In this document: positions 30,163 through 43,485 of the stretch, one piece after another
Layout of the letters: the number at the start of each line of letters is the position of its first letter
How positions within the stretch are numbered: position 1 is the stretch's first letter
Source of the DNA: the human T2T-CHM13v2.0 reference genome, Homo sapiens
NCBI RefSeq assembly: GCF_009914755.1
Contig: NC_060936.1
Strand: one strand, 5' to 3'
Length of the DNA: 64,000 bases
The notes under the pieces: model-generated
The model's input: the letters and a program-made list of their open reading frames with translations, nothing else
The model's database searches: none
What the model was told of the DNA's origin: nothing
Position numbers and translations under genes: made by a program

Positions 30163-31280
30163 TGTGATCGTGTAAAATATTTATTTGGTCTTCTGCCTTA
30201 AAATCCTTGGAATCTCCAAAGTGTTTAGTTTGCCAATGACTCACTGGTGGCCAGCAGCCCCTAGGCAGCTTCAGGATGGGGACTGGTCTCAGGAAAAACC
30301 AAGTCAGCGCTACAGGACTGGGACTTTCAGCCCAGTCCCCAACCTCCAGCAGTGAGGGGAGAGAGGCTGAAGGTCAAACTGATCACCAATGGCCTGTGGT
30401 TTAATCAATCATGCCCATGTATACAAAAACCATATACATATAGAGAAAGAATGAATAAGACCTACTATTTGATCCCACAACAGGGTGACTATAGTCAAGA
30501 ATAACTTGATTGTATATTTTTAAATAACTGAAGGAGTGTAACTGGATTGTTTGTAACACAAAGGCTAAATGCTTGAAGGGGTGGATACGCCCTTCCCATG
30601 ATGTGATTACGTCACATTGCATGCCTGTGTCAACACATCTCATGCACCCCACAACTGTATACACTTACTATGAACCTACAAAAATTAAACATTTAAAAAT
30701 TTAAAATGATATAATTTTAAAAATTACGCCCACCTAATGAAGCCTCCATAAAAACTCAAGAGGACAGAGTTTTTGAGCATGGGAAGGCTCCTGGAGGGTG
30801 GTGTCCTGGAGAGCATGGCAGCTCCATGCCCCTTCCCCATGCCCTTTCCCCGTGCCCCTCCCCCATGCCTCTCCCTAGCATCTCTTCATCTGTATCCTTC
30901 TAACATCCTTTATAATAAATAAGCTCAGTGCTTCCCTGAGCCCTGTGAGCCGTTCTAACAAATTAATTGAACCCAAAGACAGGGTCGTGGGAACCCCAAT
31001 TCACAGCTGGTCTGTGAGAAGCACAGGTGACACATCCCAGGGCTTGAGAGGGGCATCGGGAGTAAGGGGCCGCCCTGGGGTCTGAACCCTCGACCTGTGG
31101 GGTCTGAGACTGCCTCCAGGTAGACAGCGGCAGAATTGAGTTGAATCAGAGGGCCCCCAGCTGGCATCCGCTGCAGAATTAGGTGTTCATTTGATCTGCT
31201 GTGGGGGGAGCCCCCCATATTTGGTCACAGAAGTCTTCTGTGTTGATTGTTGTGGGGTGAACAGAGGAGGAAAAGCAGTT
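30163..31280 (+). mobile_element. MER21-family LTR interrupted by an L1MA-type 3' end (~30435-30720)
   Basis: tgtgat...aatccttggaatctcc...cagcttcaggatgggg LTR; the insert has the L1 terminus gacctactatttgat...cagggtgactatagtcaa...aaaaattaaa. Confidence 0.65.
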
Positions 31281-31548
31281 TGCGTTTCTCCCACTCAGTC
31301 CCACTCTCTGGGCTCCAGCCACAGCGCACCGTTTCTGTTCTGCGTGTTGCTACCCCAGGCCCTTTGCACATGTACTTCCCGGTTCCTGGAGTGCTCTTCT
31401 CCAGATTCCCATGAAGCCTTCAGGAGTTGGCACTTCTCAGAGGAAACTTCCGGAAATGTGCTCTCATCTAAGCAGCCCCCCTGCCCAGCACCTCTTCTCC
31501 GGTGCACCCCCTGCTCTTCTTTCTATCCTGGCATCGTTGCTTCCCAGA

Positions 31549-31612
31549 GTGACCTTACTCATGTGTGACCTTACTTATGAGTGACCTTACTCATACGTGA
31601 CCTTACTCATGC
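31549..31612. repeat. Tandem repeat, 4 x 16 bp (gtgaccttactcatNN)
   Basis: gtgaccttac at 31549, 31565, 31581 and 31597. Confidence 0.92.
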
Positions 31613-31686
31613 ATTTACTCGCCAGCTGTCTCTCCCACTAGAAGGCAAGTTTGTGAGGGCAGGGAGCTTTCTAGCTTCGTCCAGCT

Positions 31687-32002
31687 TTGTTGTTGTTGTT
31701 TTTCTTTTCTTTTCTCTTCTTTTTTTTTTTTTTTTTTTTGAGATGGAGTCTCACTCTGTCGCCCAGGCTAGAGTGCAGTGGTGAGATCTCGGCTCACTGC
31801 AACCTCTGCTTCCAGGTTCAACCGATTCTTGTGGCTCAGCCTCCCACAGCTGGGATTACAGGCGTGTGCCACCACACCTGGCTAATTTTTGTATTTTTAG
31901 TAGAGATGGGGTTTCACTATGTTGCCCAGGCTGGTCTCAAACTCCTGACCTCAAGCAATCCGCCCACCTCGGCCTCCCAAGGGTGAGCCACTGCACCCGG
32001 TC
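31687..32002 (-). mobile_element. AluS
   Basis: Alu consensus match. Confidence 0.88.
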
Positions 32003-32398
32003 ACCTCTGTATTTCTGAAGCGGATACCCTTGGTGTTCTAAGCAGATCCAAATGAATCCTCTTTTTACTGTATTTGCACACCCCTGATTTTGGAGCATTT
32101 TTGTATCCAAAACCCAAGACCTGTTGGTCTGCCTTTGAGAGCTGTCCGTGACCCTGGGCTGCTAGAGTCCCCTTTGCCCTCCTGGGACACTCCCTGGCCA
32201 GGAATCTTGGTCTCAGTGTCTGCTTCTGGGGAACCTAACCCAAGCCGATTCGCAATAAATATGAGGGTGTGTGACACACAGTGAGCACCCAAACAGCATT
32301 TGCTGAATGAAGGAATGAACAAATCGACACAGACTTCTCAGAGCTTGACTCCCTCTCAGAGCCCAGCAAGTGCTCTGCACACAGTAGGTGTGTGATAA

Positions 32399-32878
<480 letters not shown>

Positions 32879-32917
32879 TGAATTGCTCCAAGGCCACCCA
32901 GCAACTTGAGCAGAGCA

Positions 32918-32990
32918 GGGAGTAGCACGCAGGTACTGGGAGTAGCACGCAGGTACTGGGAGTAGCACGCAGGTACTGGGAGTAGCACGC
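32918..32990. repeat. Perfect tandem repeat, 3.6 x 20 bp (gggagtagcacgcaggtact)
   Basis: Identical units at 32918, 32938, 32958 and a partial unit at 32978. Confidence 0.95.
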
Positions 32991-34821
32991 TAAGGAGGAG
33001 CAGACATCGTGTGACCCTGGTCGCCCTGTTATAGGGTTGTCACTCTTGTTCCCAAGGCCCCAGAGAGAAAGGGTTAAGACCCCTTTGAAAATCTGAAGAC
33101 TTGAGGAAATGCTTCCCAGAATAAAACGCCCAGACACACACGTAAAATACAATTTCTAGGGGTCACGGGTTTCCGAAGCCAGGCTGTGGACCACAGCTTC
33201 CCCAGTTTAAAATCAATCCACTCCGCTCCAGGAACCGGGTGATCCGCAGCCCCTCCCAGGCAGCAGCCTCTGGACCACCTGTGTGCACAGCTCGCCCCCC
33301 AGTGGCCGAGCTCGGAATCGTCCTGAAGTCTCGCGTGCTGCAGCCAGATTGCAGGGGATCGCGGATGGAGAGACAAGTCGGGGGGACTTTACCCCCAGGA
33401 TGGGGAAAAGTCACCCACAATTCAAGCAAAGATGACCCTTGTGACAGATTAACATTTCAGGGCCGCTACCTGGAGAATGGACGGCTCGGGACACGCGTGG
33501 GAGCCGGGAGGCCAGTGGACCAGACTGGCAGAGCCTTCAGGTGAGACAGGATGGCTCCAGGGCAGGGGCTCGGACACAGGGTCCCTGGCCCTGGACCCAC
33601 CCACGGGGCCGCCACCTCTTGAGCCCCACGCTGACCCCGAGAGGCATTGTTTTCAGCCGAGGACCACCGCCCTGGCCCACTCCATTCACTATCCACTTCA
33701 CCCATCTCTCCTGGGTGACATCGCTGCAAAGCAGGAGACGTCCCTGCAAAGCAGATCTGAGTCACCTGCTTTAAAGGAGAGAACAGTAGGTCTCCAGAGA
33801 GGCTGTGTGACTTGTCCAGGGTCCCACAGCTAGTAAGTGGCAGAACTGTAAAGTTGTTTGAGAGGAAGGGCCGCCTCTGTCTGGTCCACAATTGCACCCC
33901 CTGTGCCTAGCGCGTAGTGAGCACTGGATAAGTATGTGTTGAAAGAATGGGTGTCCGCGTGAGCCAAGGAGTACTAAGGAATGTGAGTAACCGCCCCGGC
34001 CAAAAATATTCGTTTCCAGCACAAGGGCATGTACCGGGGTTTATGCTGCAGGTCCTTGGAGTTTGGGGTTACAGCAACTGGTGTCAGGACTTCTGGTATT
34101 CTAGAACATTCTAGTATCAACTGAGATACAAAGTGCCCCAGGAGTCCTGAGACAGGGAAGAACAGCAAGCAGGAGTGATGGGGGAGGGGTGCTTCCTGGA
34201 GGAGAGGGCATGGCTGGAATTGCGCCTTTGATGATGGCGAAGACTGAGAGAGGCAGAGAGGGGGGAAAAGGCCACGCAGGGGCGATGCAGGCCGAGCAGG
34301 AAGAAGGGTGCATGGGACACAATCATGGGATGGTGCAGAGATTGCAGGTAGCAGGCTGCTTCGAGGTACTGGGAGGAACGTCCTTAATAGTTAGGTATTT
34401 ATTTTAATGGCGACTGGAAAACTATTACTTGCCCAAAGGACCCATAATTTCACAGATATGACTGCCTTCCTTTTAAAATAAAATTCTTTAAGAAAAAAAG
34501 TAAGCCAAATTAAATCAACATGGTAAGTAGTGGAGTCCCATCGTTGGCAGGGGCTGGCGCCTGAAGTGAAGGCATGAGAAGAAAGTCTCGCAGAGTCAAA
34601 GATGCTCAGAATCAGAGACACTGAAGCTCGACCGGGTGTCCCGAACCCCAGCCCTCCAGCTGTGGGGCAGGCGGTGCTTCCCTCCCTGAGCCCTGGCTAA
34701 GGTCGTTGGCTGGGCTTAAGACCAAGGATGTGTCCAAACGCACACCCTACAAAAAAATCAAACCTCACTCAGAAGCAAGATGTTCACCCAATGAGACACA
34801 CGGGAGGCTAAGTCCCTCGGG

Positions 34822-34822
<1 letters not shown>

Positions 34823-34860
<38 letters not shown>

Positions 34861-34872
34861 CACACACACACA
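34823..34872. repeat. (CA)n microsatellite
   Basis: ~18 perfect AC units followed by an interrupted run. Confidence 0.95.
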
Positions 34873-34889
34873 AACACAAGAATGACTTA

Positions 34890-35196
<307 letters not shown>

Positions 35197-36159
35197 CCGA
35201 ATGCCTTCTGGGGCCTGTCTTTTTTTCTGTTTTATGAGCAGGTAGACTTGAATGCAAGAGTTAAAACTGTCTGTGATGTGTTGCATACACAGATTAAGTC
35301 AAAATCCTCACCGTGGCTATCAAATAACCAAAGCTGGCCTCAGCTTCCCAGAGGATCAGACATGGGGAGTTTGAAGGGAACCATCCTCGGGGCCTGGACT
35401 CTCTCCTGAGCTTGTCACTCGCCTGCCATTTCCCCGGGCAGGTCACAAGACCCCCCACCCCTCCACTCTACAGCCAACGGGCAAAGCCTCCCTGACCTCC
35501 AGCCCCAATCAGAGGGAACTTCCCGGACACAGGTTTCGAGAACCCATCTAAAGATTGGGTAAGAAATGCTTTTGCAAGCCGGTGGTTTCCACTTTGCTGC
35601 TTTCTACAAATTTGAAGAAAGGTCAAACGGACCTGTCTGCTGGGAGATCAGTGAGAATCGCTTCCAATGACAGATCGCCGTGTGACATTCGCATACTACC
35701 CAGAAGGAGTATAAGAATTCCACTCCCAGTGACTTCCTTATGAAAACAAGGCTTCTCTGCACTTGCAGGGACAAAGAATTGATGGTAAAAATTGGTTTCA
35801 TTCTAGCAATACGTGACAGTCATTCACGGATACATGAATTAATTGGGGGTGGAGAGGAAGTCCCACTCATCTCAGGACAAGAAGTATTTCTAAGCAAATA
35901 AAAGCCACAATGAGAAACCACTACGAAGGGCTGAAGTTTTTTAAAACTGAAAACACCAAGATGCTGGTGAGGACGCAGAGCTGATGGGAATGCAGCCTGG
36001 TACAGCGACTGTGAAACTGGCAGTCCCCCAAAAGTGAAACGCAGAGCTCCAGTTTGACTCAGCAGCTCCACTCCGAGGTATACACCCCAGGGAAATGAAC
36101 GTACGCCTTCACACACAAATCTGTACATGAACGTTCACAGCAGCTTTGTTCATAGTTGC

Positions 36160-36527
36160 TGATGTGGTTTGGCTGCGTCCCTGCCCAAATCTCATCTCGA
36201 ATTGTAGTTCCCATAATTCCCATGTTGTGGGAGGGAGCCAGTGGGAGATCATTGAATCATACGGGCGGTTAACCCCATACTGTTCTCCTGGTGGTGAGTA
36301 AGTCTCACAAGATCTGATGGTTTGATCGGGGGTTTCCCCTTTCACTTGGCTCTCATTCTCTCTTCTCTGGTCCCATGTAAGACATGACTTTGCTTCTCCT
36401 TTGCCTTCCACCATGATTGTGAGGCCTCCCCAGCCATATGAACTGTGAGTTCATGAAACCTTTTTTCTTTAAAAGTTACCCCGTCTTGGGTATGTCTTTA
36501 TCAGTGGCGTGAAAACCAACTAATGCA
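36160..36527 (+). mobile_element. THE1 solo LTR (MaLR) inserted into an old L1M fragment (~35900-36800)
   Basis: tgatgtggtttggctgcgtccctgcccaaatctcatc...aactaatgca; 5-bp TSD gttgc/attgc. Confidence 0.85.
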
Positions 36528-36825
36528 ATTGCCAAAGGCTGCAACCACTCTACGTGTCCCTCAATAAGTGAACGGCTGAAAAGCACTGGTGTGTGCACCC
36601 CATGGAGTTCTGCTCAGCAGTGAAAAGAAAGGAACTATTGCTACACACAACAACAGGCATGCATCTAGAGACAGTGCTGAGTGAAGGAAGCCAGGCTCAG
36701 AGGGTTACAGGCTGTAGATCCCATTTAGAACATTCTGGAAAAGGTAAAAATAGCTAGTGGCCAAGGGCTAAGCATGGGGATGAGGGACTTCCCTACAAAG
36801 TGGGAGGAAGGCAGCACAGGTCGCA

Positions 36826-37124
<299 letters not shown>

Positions 37125-37424
37125 TTATGGGAGCCCACTGTAAAACAAACAAAAACAAAGGGAAGACATGAGGAAATCTTGGGGGATGATGAAATTGTTT
37201 TGTCTTGATTGTAGGGGTAATGACTCAACTCTATAAACATGTCAAAATTCATGGAATTGTACACACACTCACACACAACTCTAATCTGTAAATGAAAAAG
37301 ATATATAAAATGCATACCAAAAGGACATGCATTCCAATAAAATTTTGCTACTTTGATATGTCACATAAAACATAGTAATATAGTTTTGACCAATTGTGTC
37401 CTGAGACTTGAAAGGCAATCCAGA

Positions 37425-38090
<666 letters not shown>

Positions 38091-38922
38091 AAAAAATTTA
38101 CCCTTGATGGTCACAAGAAATAAAAAAAAAAAGTTTGCTTCAACTTATATATTTATGTTGCAGGCAAGTATAGGAGTGATTAATAAAAGGCTTAAAAGCA
38201 TCAAATATAAATATCATTTAGATAAAATTTTAGGAGGGAAGAAGAAAGGAAATACAAGTTTAAGGGGAAAAGGGCTAACATTTCTGACCATAAAAGAGCT
38301 TGTTCGTATATTCTTTGAAATGTTCGGCAGTGAATACCCTCTCCTCTCCTAGTTAGATCCCAGCGGGCACACTTAAATACTGATGAAATGGTCTCATATT
38401 CAAACATCAACGATGATGACAATCGGAGAAAATTCCATCCTTTGCAATGATCTACACTTAAGATGAGAACTTTTAGATGGCTCCAATCTGTTCTCTTACC
38501 CGCTTCTCTTCTTCACCATTTATGTAACGAGCAGAAAGCAAAGGCCTAGAACAACACGGGGCATGTCCTACGGGCACCAGGATTTGTAGATAAATGCACA
38601 GAAACACATCCAGGGGGCCCCATGCAAAAGTGGCAAAAGCGTCTGCACTGGGGGCTGTGGGATGGGACTCAGACCCTGCTGCTTCTAAACAAGGGCGTAC
38701 TCATGCAGTATTTCTATGAAACTCAACATTGCACAAGGTTGAAATTTGAAAACAACAGGAAGGTAAGCCAGCAGCCCGGCCCTGGGAGAGACGCTCTTGG
38801 CAGCCACCAGAAAGGAGCTATTGACCAAGAGAAGAGGAGCCCGGAACTTCCCAGAGGCCCCCACCCCCACGACCTCAGCAAACAAGGCTGTCACAGAGGC
38901 AGGCATCCCATTTTTTTAAACG

Positions 38923-38928
38923 TTTATT
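38923..38928 (-). terminator. Polyadenylation signal AATAAA of SCARB1
   Basis: Plus-strand tttatt in cgtttattac, ~940 nt into the terminal exon. Confidence 0.85.
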
Positions 38929-39162
38929 ACTTCAAGAGTGAATTATTTTTCAAAGATGATAAAACTCATTTCTATTCCAGTAGAAAAGGGTCACAGGTTT
39001 GCCCCAGGGTCCAGGAGCGCCCGGAAGGCAGGGCCCCCAGGCCTCTTCACCTCAGCCTGGGCACCTATAATCTGAGGGACCCTGTGAGGGGGTGGGGGCA
39101 GCTCGGGGGCACAGCCTGCGGCCACTTCGGCCAGAGAGTGGCCGGCTCAGTCCATAGGATGA

Positions 39163-39170
39163 TGTCAGTT
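39163..39170 (-). promoter_or_regulatory. miR-223-3p 8mer seed site in SCARB1 3'UTR
   Basis: Plus-strand TGTCAGTT(T) equals the miR-223 5' end UGUCAGUUU. Confidence 0.75.
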
Positions 39171-39396
39171 TAGGCTGGAGGAAAAGGGCGCCAGACAACC
39201 CGATGCAGTGCCTGTGAAGACTTCGGGGGGATCAAAGTCCGGCCGGGGTGGGCGGAGACCCTCGGGCAGCTGCACAGGGCATCTTGTGCTCACTCCATTG
39301 TTTTCCGAGGCCTGTGTAAAGGCGCTTTGCCTGGCCTGGCAGGTAGACCAAGGCCAAAGCTCGTGGCCAGGGCCTGGGCACTGAGTCCCCACTGAA

Positions 39397-39404
39397 TTTG
39401 GCAC
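39397..39404 (-). promoter_or_regulatory. miR-96-5p 8mer seed site in SCARB1 3'UTR
   Basis: Plus-strand TTTGGCAC equals the miR-96 5' end UUUGGCAC. Confidence 0.75.
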
Positions 39405-39582
39405 AGGAAGGCGGCACTCCCAGCCTGGCCCGTCCTGCATGGGGAGCCACCACACCGGGACTGCAGTGTTTCACCTTGGAGGGGAGGAAGCCTGGGCCCA
39501 ACGGCTGAACGGGACAGGCCAGGCTCACCCGAGGAAGGGGACGCAGGACCCACAGCCCCTGTGGTCAGGCCTGTGGGCCACG

Positions 39583-39590
39583 TGGAGAGA
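39583..39590 (-). promoter_or_regulatory. miR-185-5p 8mer seed site in SCARB1 3'UTR
   Basis: Plus-strand TGGAGAGA(A) equals the miR-185 5' end UGGAGAGAA. Confidence 0.75.
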
Positions 39591-39652
39591 AGGTTCCAGA
39601 ACAGTGCTTGTTGACGAGCCTCTCCCTACAAGTCCCTTCAGCAGCAGCTCCA

Positions 39653-39660
39653 TCCCTGAG
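39653..39660 (-). promoter_or_regulatory. miR-125a/b-5p 8mer seed site in SCARB1 3'UTR
   Basis: Plus-strand TCCCTGAG equals the miR-125 5' end UCCCUGAG. Confidence 0.72.
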
Positions 39661-39744
39661 TGTCTGCACAAGCCTGCACGCATGTGTGTATGTGTGCCAG
39701 GGCGTGTGTGCAGGTGTGCAACAGGCACATGGCAGCTGGGAGGC

Positions 39745-39864
39745 TCAGGCTGTGGGGCTGGGGGGCTGTCCGCTGGGAGAGTCCGGGAGAAGCGGGGTGT
39801 AGGGGCTGGGGGGCCGGTCAGGCCCAGCGGCCAGGCCTGGCTGGCTCACGGTGTCCTCAGGACC
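39745..39864 (-). CDS. SCARB1: Exon 13 coding part used in SR-BII: GPEDTVSQPGLAAGPDRPPSPYTPLLPDSPSGQPPSPTA*
   Basis: Acceptor ccacAG|GGTCCT; phase-0 join to exon 11 gives 467+39=506 aa; proline-rich PxxP and YTPL motifs; ORF track 39745..39951. Confidence 0.93.
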   Translation of the reverse strand, partial: GPEDTVSQPGLAAGPDRPPSPYTPLLPDSPSGQPPSPTA

Positions 39865-40229
39865 CTGTGGAGAAAGGCAAAGCTGGGTGACCACCCACGC
39901 CCTGTCACCAAACCCCACCCTCATCCCCGCCCACCCCAGCCCTGTACCCACATCCCCAGCAGAGACTCCACCCCCGCCACCAGGCTGTCAGAAGTGAGAA
40001 GAGACTGGAGTCACCTATAGACTCCTGGAATGACTCCAAGGGCCTCTTCATCTCACTCAACACCCGCCTGGCCTCCCCGACCTCCTTTAGAGATGGAGAA
40101 ACTGAGGCCCAAAGAGACTTAATACAGTGAGGGGCAGAGCAAGGGGGGCGGCCTGTGTGCAGCACAGTCAACATGGAACAACCGGGGCAAGCTCTGTCCC
40201 TCAGGAGGAGAACGTATGTTTATGTGTTG

Positions 40230-40525
40230 ATTTATTTTTTATTTTTTAGAGACGGTCTCTCTCTGTCGCCCAGGCTGGAGTACGGTGGTGCCATCATGGC
40301 TCACCACGGCCTTGAACTCCTGGGCTCAAGTGATCCTCCCACCTCGGCCTCCCAAGTGGCCGGGACAATGACACGTGCCACCACCACGCCCGGCTCATTT
40401 TTTAATTTTTTGTAGAGATCAGGTCTATGTTGCCCAGGCTGGTCTCGAACTCCTGGGCTCAGGCGATCCTCTCACCTCAGCCTCCCAAAGCGCTGGGATT
40501 CCAGGCGTGAGACACCATGCCTGGC
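40230..40525 (-). mobile_element. AluJ (intron 12)
   Basis: Alu consensus match. Confidence 0.88.
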
Positions 40526-42879
40526 CTGTGTTTTTAAACCCATGTCACAGGACGGTATTCAGCCTGAACAGTATTCCTGAACAGAAGACAGGGAGGAAAG
40601 CCAGCCACACAGCAATACACGCAGCAGGATGCAGCTTCGGTCACATTCAAAAAGTGACCTCATGCTCATGGCTGCGCACATGCAGATTCAGAAAAAACAA
40701 ACCCACGTGCCAAGTTCCTGGCCATGGCTGCTCAGGGTATGCGGGGCGCGGGACGTGGGGAGGGGGACGAGGGCCACCCAGGGAACGAGTGAAACCAAGG
40801 GCATGAGATGCTGGCCATCTTCAACACTGACAGCTGTCAGCAATGGCTGCGTCTGGGTGAGGGGAACTGGATACTGTCATTTGTCTAGTTTGACAGTTGT
40901 AGAAAATTTCTCAACTTAAAAATTAAAAATACAGATAATGCTAATGATAAGAGTGTGGGGTGAGCCTTCGTCCCACTAAGCCCCCTGCCTCCCTTGCCCT
41001 GAGCAACAGAGGCCTCCCTGCCCCGGTGGCTGGGGCTGGAAACCGCTGCCCACCTCCGCCCACCTGTGCTTGCTTCACCACGGGGTAGGAAAATCAAACT
41101 CCTGCTCAGGGCAGAGAGCGGGCACAGGGGCCAGGGTCTGCTGCACTGAGCCAGGCGCGGGGGAGGTCAGCCCCGCCCCCACACCACCCACTGAGGCAGC
41201 ACAGGACACCCACAGGTGGCTAGACCTTAGCCATGTGGGCCCAAAGAGCCGTGACTTGAGAAGGTCTCACTCAGAAGTAGAAAGGGGAAACCACCCCTAG
41301 GCTGTAAAAGAACCCCTTGTCTTTCCCAAGGAAGACACGTGGAACAAAACCCGCAGGTGCCAGAGGGTGAAGCAGGTTCCTCCTCCTTCCCCTCCTCCTC
41401 CTCCTCTTTGCCACTTGTTTGACTGAGGAACATGGACTTGGCGTGGAAGAAAGATCGGTGAGAAGCTAAGAAAGGTCCAGGAACATATCCCTGAAGGGCC
41501 ACCTGGACAGTTGTCCAGGCTGTTCACTGCACAAAAGGACCCAGCTGAAGGGTTACAGACCAGTGGACACACAGTTTACCAAGCCCCCTGCCCTACAGCA
41601 GGCCTCATCTGCCCAGAGGGGCTGTCTTTTTCTTATTTATATAAAAATATCTGTTTTCCCCCCTTCTCCCAAGCAAGGCAGCCCCTCAGGGCCATCCCCA
41701 TACCCAGGTACAGGGCAAAGGTGTGGGGCCTTCCCCAGGGACTCAGGCCTGAGACTCAGAACAGGACCCAAGAGGGGGCAGCAGTGGCCTGCAGGGGGAC
41801 CACCAGCCACCACCCAGGTGCCCACCCCAAGCTGCAGCCAGCCACTGGAGGACACTGCATTCCCCGTTTCACATGCCTAGGGGATCCGGGGCGCTGGGCT
41901 GGGCTCCAGACCTTCCAGGAGGCAGGGCAGGAGGGTCTTTTCAAGTCAAACACTTGTCTCATCACCTAAAAATTGGATTCTGTTGGCAAAATAAAGGGGA
42001 GACCCCAGTTTTGTTTGGGGGGCAGATGACAGGACATCCTGGTTATGTCCAGGGAGGTGCAGCCATGGGGCCCTGGCCACTCTATCTATGCTAAAAGTGA
42101 AAAGCTCCCTGCTCTACACTGACCAGGCCCTGACCAGCCCCTGACCAGCCCCCACCCCTGCACCCTGGGAATCCCAGGCAAGTTTCTGCAGAAGGGAGCA
42201 GTGGCTGGAAGGAGCAGGCACACCGATGGGGCCAAACCGTGCACAGCACTACGGTGTCCTGGAGGAATCCTGGGAGAGAGGAAAGGAAGGGGGTCCAGGC
42301 AGAAGGCCTTGCCCCCAAGCCTGGGGACCCTGTCCCAGGGAGGATCCTCTCCTAATATTAACACTCCACCCCAACATGGTCAGACTCCACCCCCTACTCC
42401 CAGATGGACAGGAAGGGCGCCCCAGAGCTTGACTGGGACACAGGGCTGGCAGCGCCTGCCAACGCCAACAGGCTCCTGCCTGCCCACCCCTTGGCATTTT
42501 CTTTTTCATCTCCTTGTCCAGCCCTGGCAAGTGAGATGAGTTAGAGACAGCCAAGTGGCCCCAAAGAGTGGGGCTGCTGCCTCACGTCCCCACAATGTGG
42601 CTCCCTGGAAAGCTATTTTCACCCAAGTAGGCCTAGCCTCAGAAGCTCTTGAGGGCAGCACATTTTTCAGAAACTAAAATAACAGCTATTATCAGAGGCA
42701 CCACCGTAGAGCGACTCATCCCTGCCCAACCCCAAGTTGTAGGGCCTGCAGCTCTGCCCGTCACCTCCCCTGGCAAGGACACCATCCCTGGCCACGGCTC
42801 CCCCATGACCTCAGCCCTACAGGAACCTGGCCAAGGAAACGCAGAACCCCCAGGGGCATCAGCCTATGTTCCCAGCAGA

Positions 42880-43085
42880 TAGGGCGGCCACATAAAATCA
42901 GAACGCCTAGTTAAATGTGAATTTCAGGTGAACTACAGACAGGTTTTCAGGATACGTGCGTCCTATCATTGCACAGGAACACAATAAAAATTACTTATTG
43001 CTTACCAGAAATTCATATTTAACAGGCACCCTTCTGTTGTTTCTTGTGTTTCGTTTGTTTGTTTGTGCTCAATCTGGCAATCCTA
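42880..43085. mobile_element. MER53-like palindromic hAT MITE (intron 12)
   Basis: tagggcggccacataaaat...gttaaatgtgaatttc...gaaattcatatttaac...atctggcaatccta. Confidence 0.75.
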
Positions 43086-43127
43086 CCCTCAGATCCAGTC
43101 CCAGGTATACAGTTGGTGTTCAGTTGA

Positions 43128-43485
<358 letters not shown>

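Larger units (their letters stand above)
38905..39864 (-). other. SCARB1: SCARB1 terminal exon 13 / 3'UTR to the proximal poly(A) site (end approximate)
   Basis: Repeat-free stretch from the exon 13 acceptor to AATAAA at 38923-38928 (minus strand). Confidence 0.85.

Noticed and set aside
38622-40020. Plus-strand 183-aa and 193-aa ORFs as an antisense gene
   Set aside because: No recognisable homology or exon structure; they overlap the GC-rich SCARB1 3'UTR.
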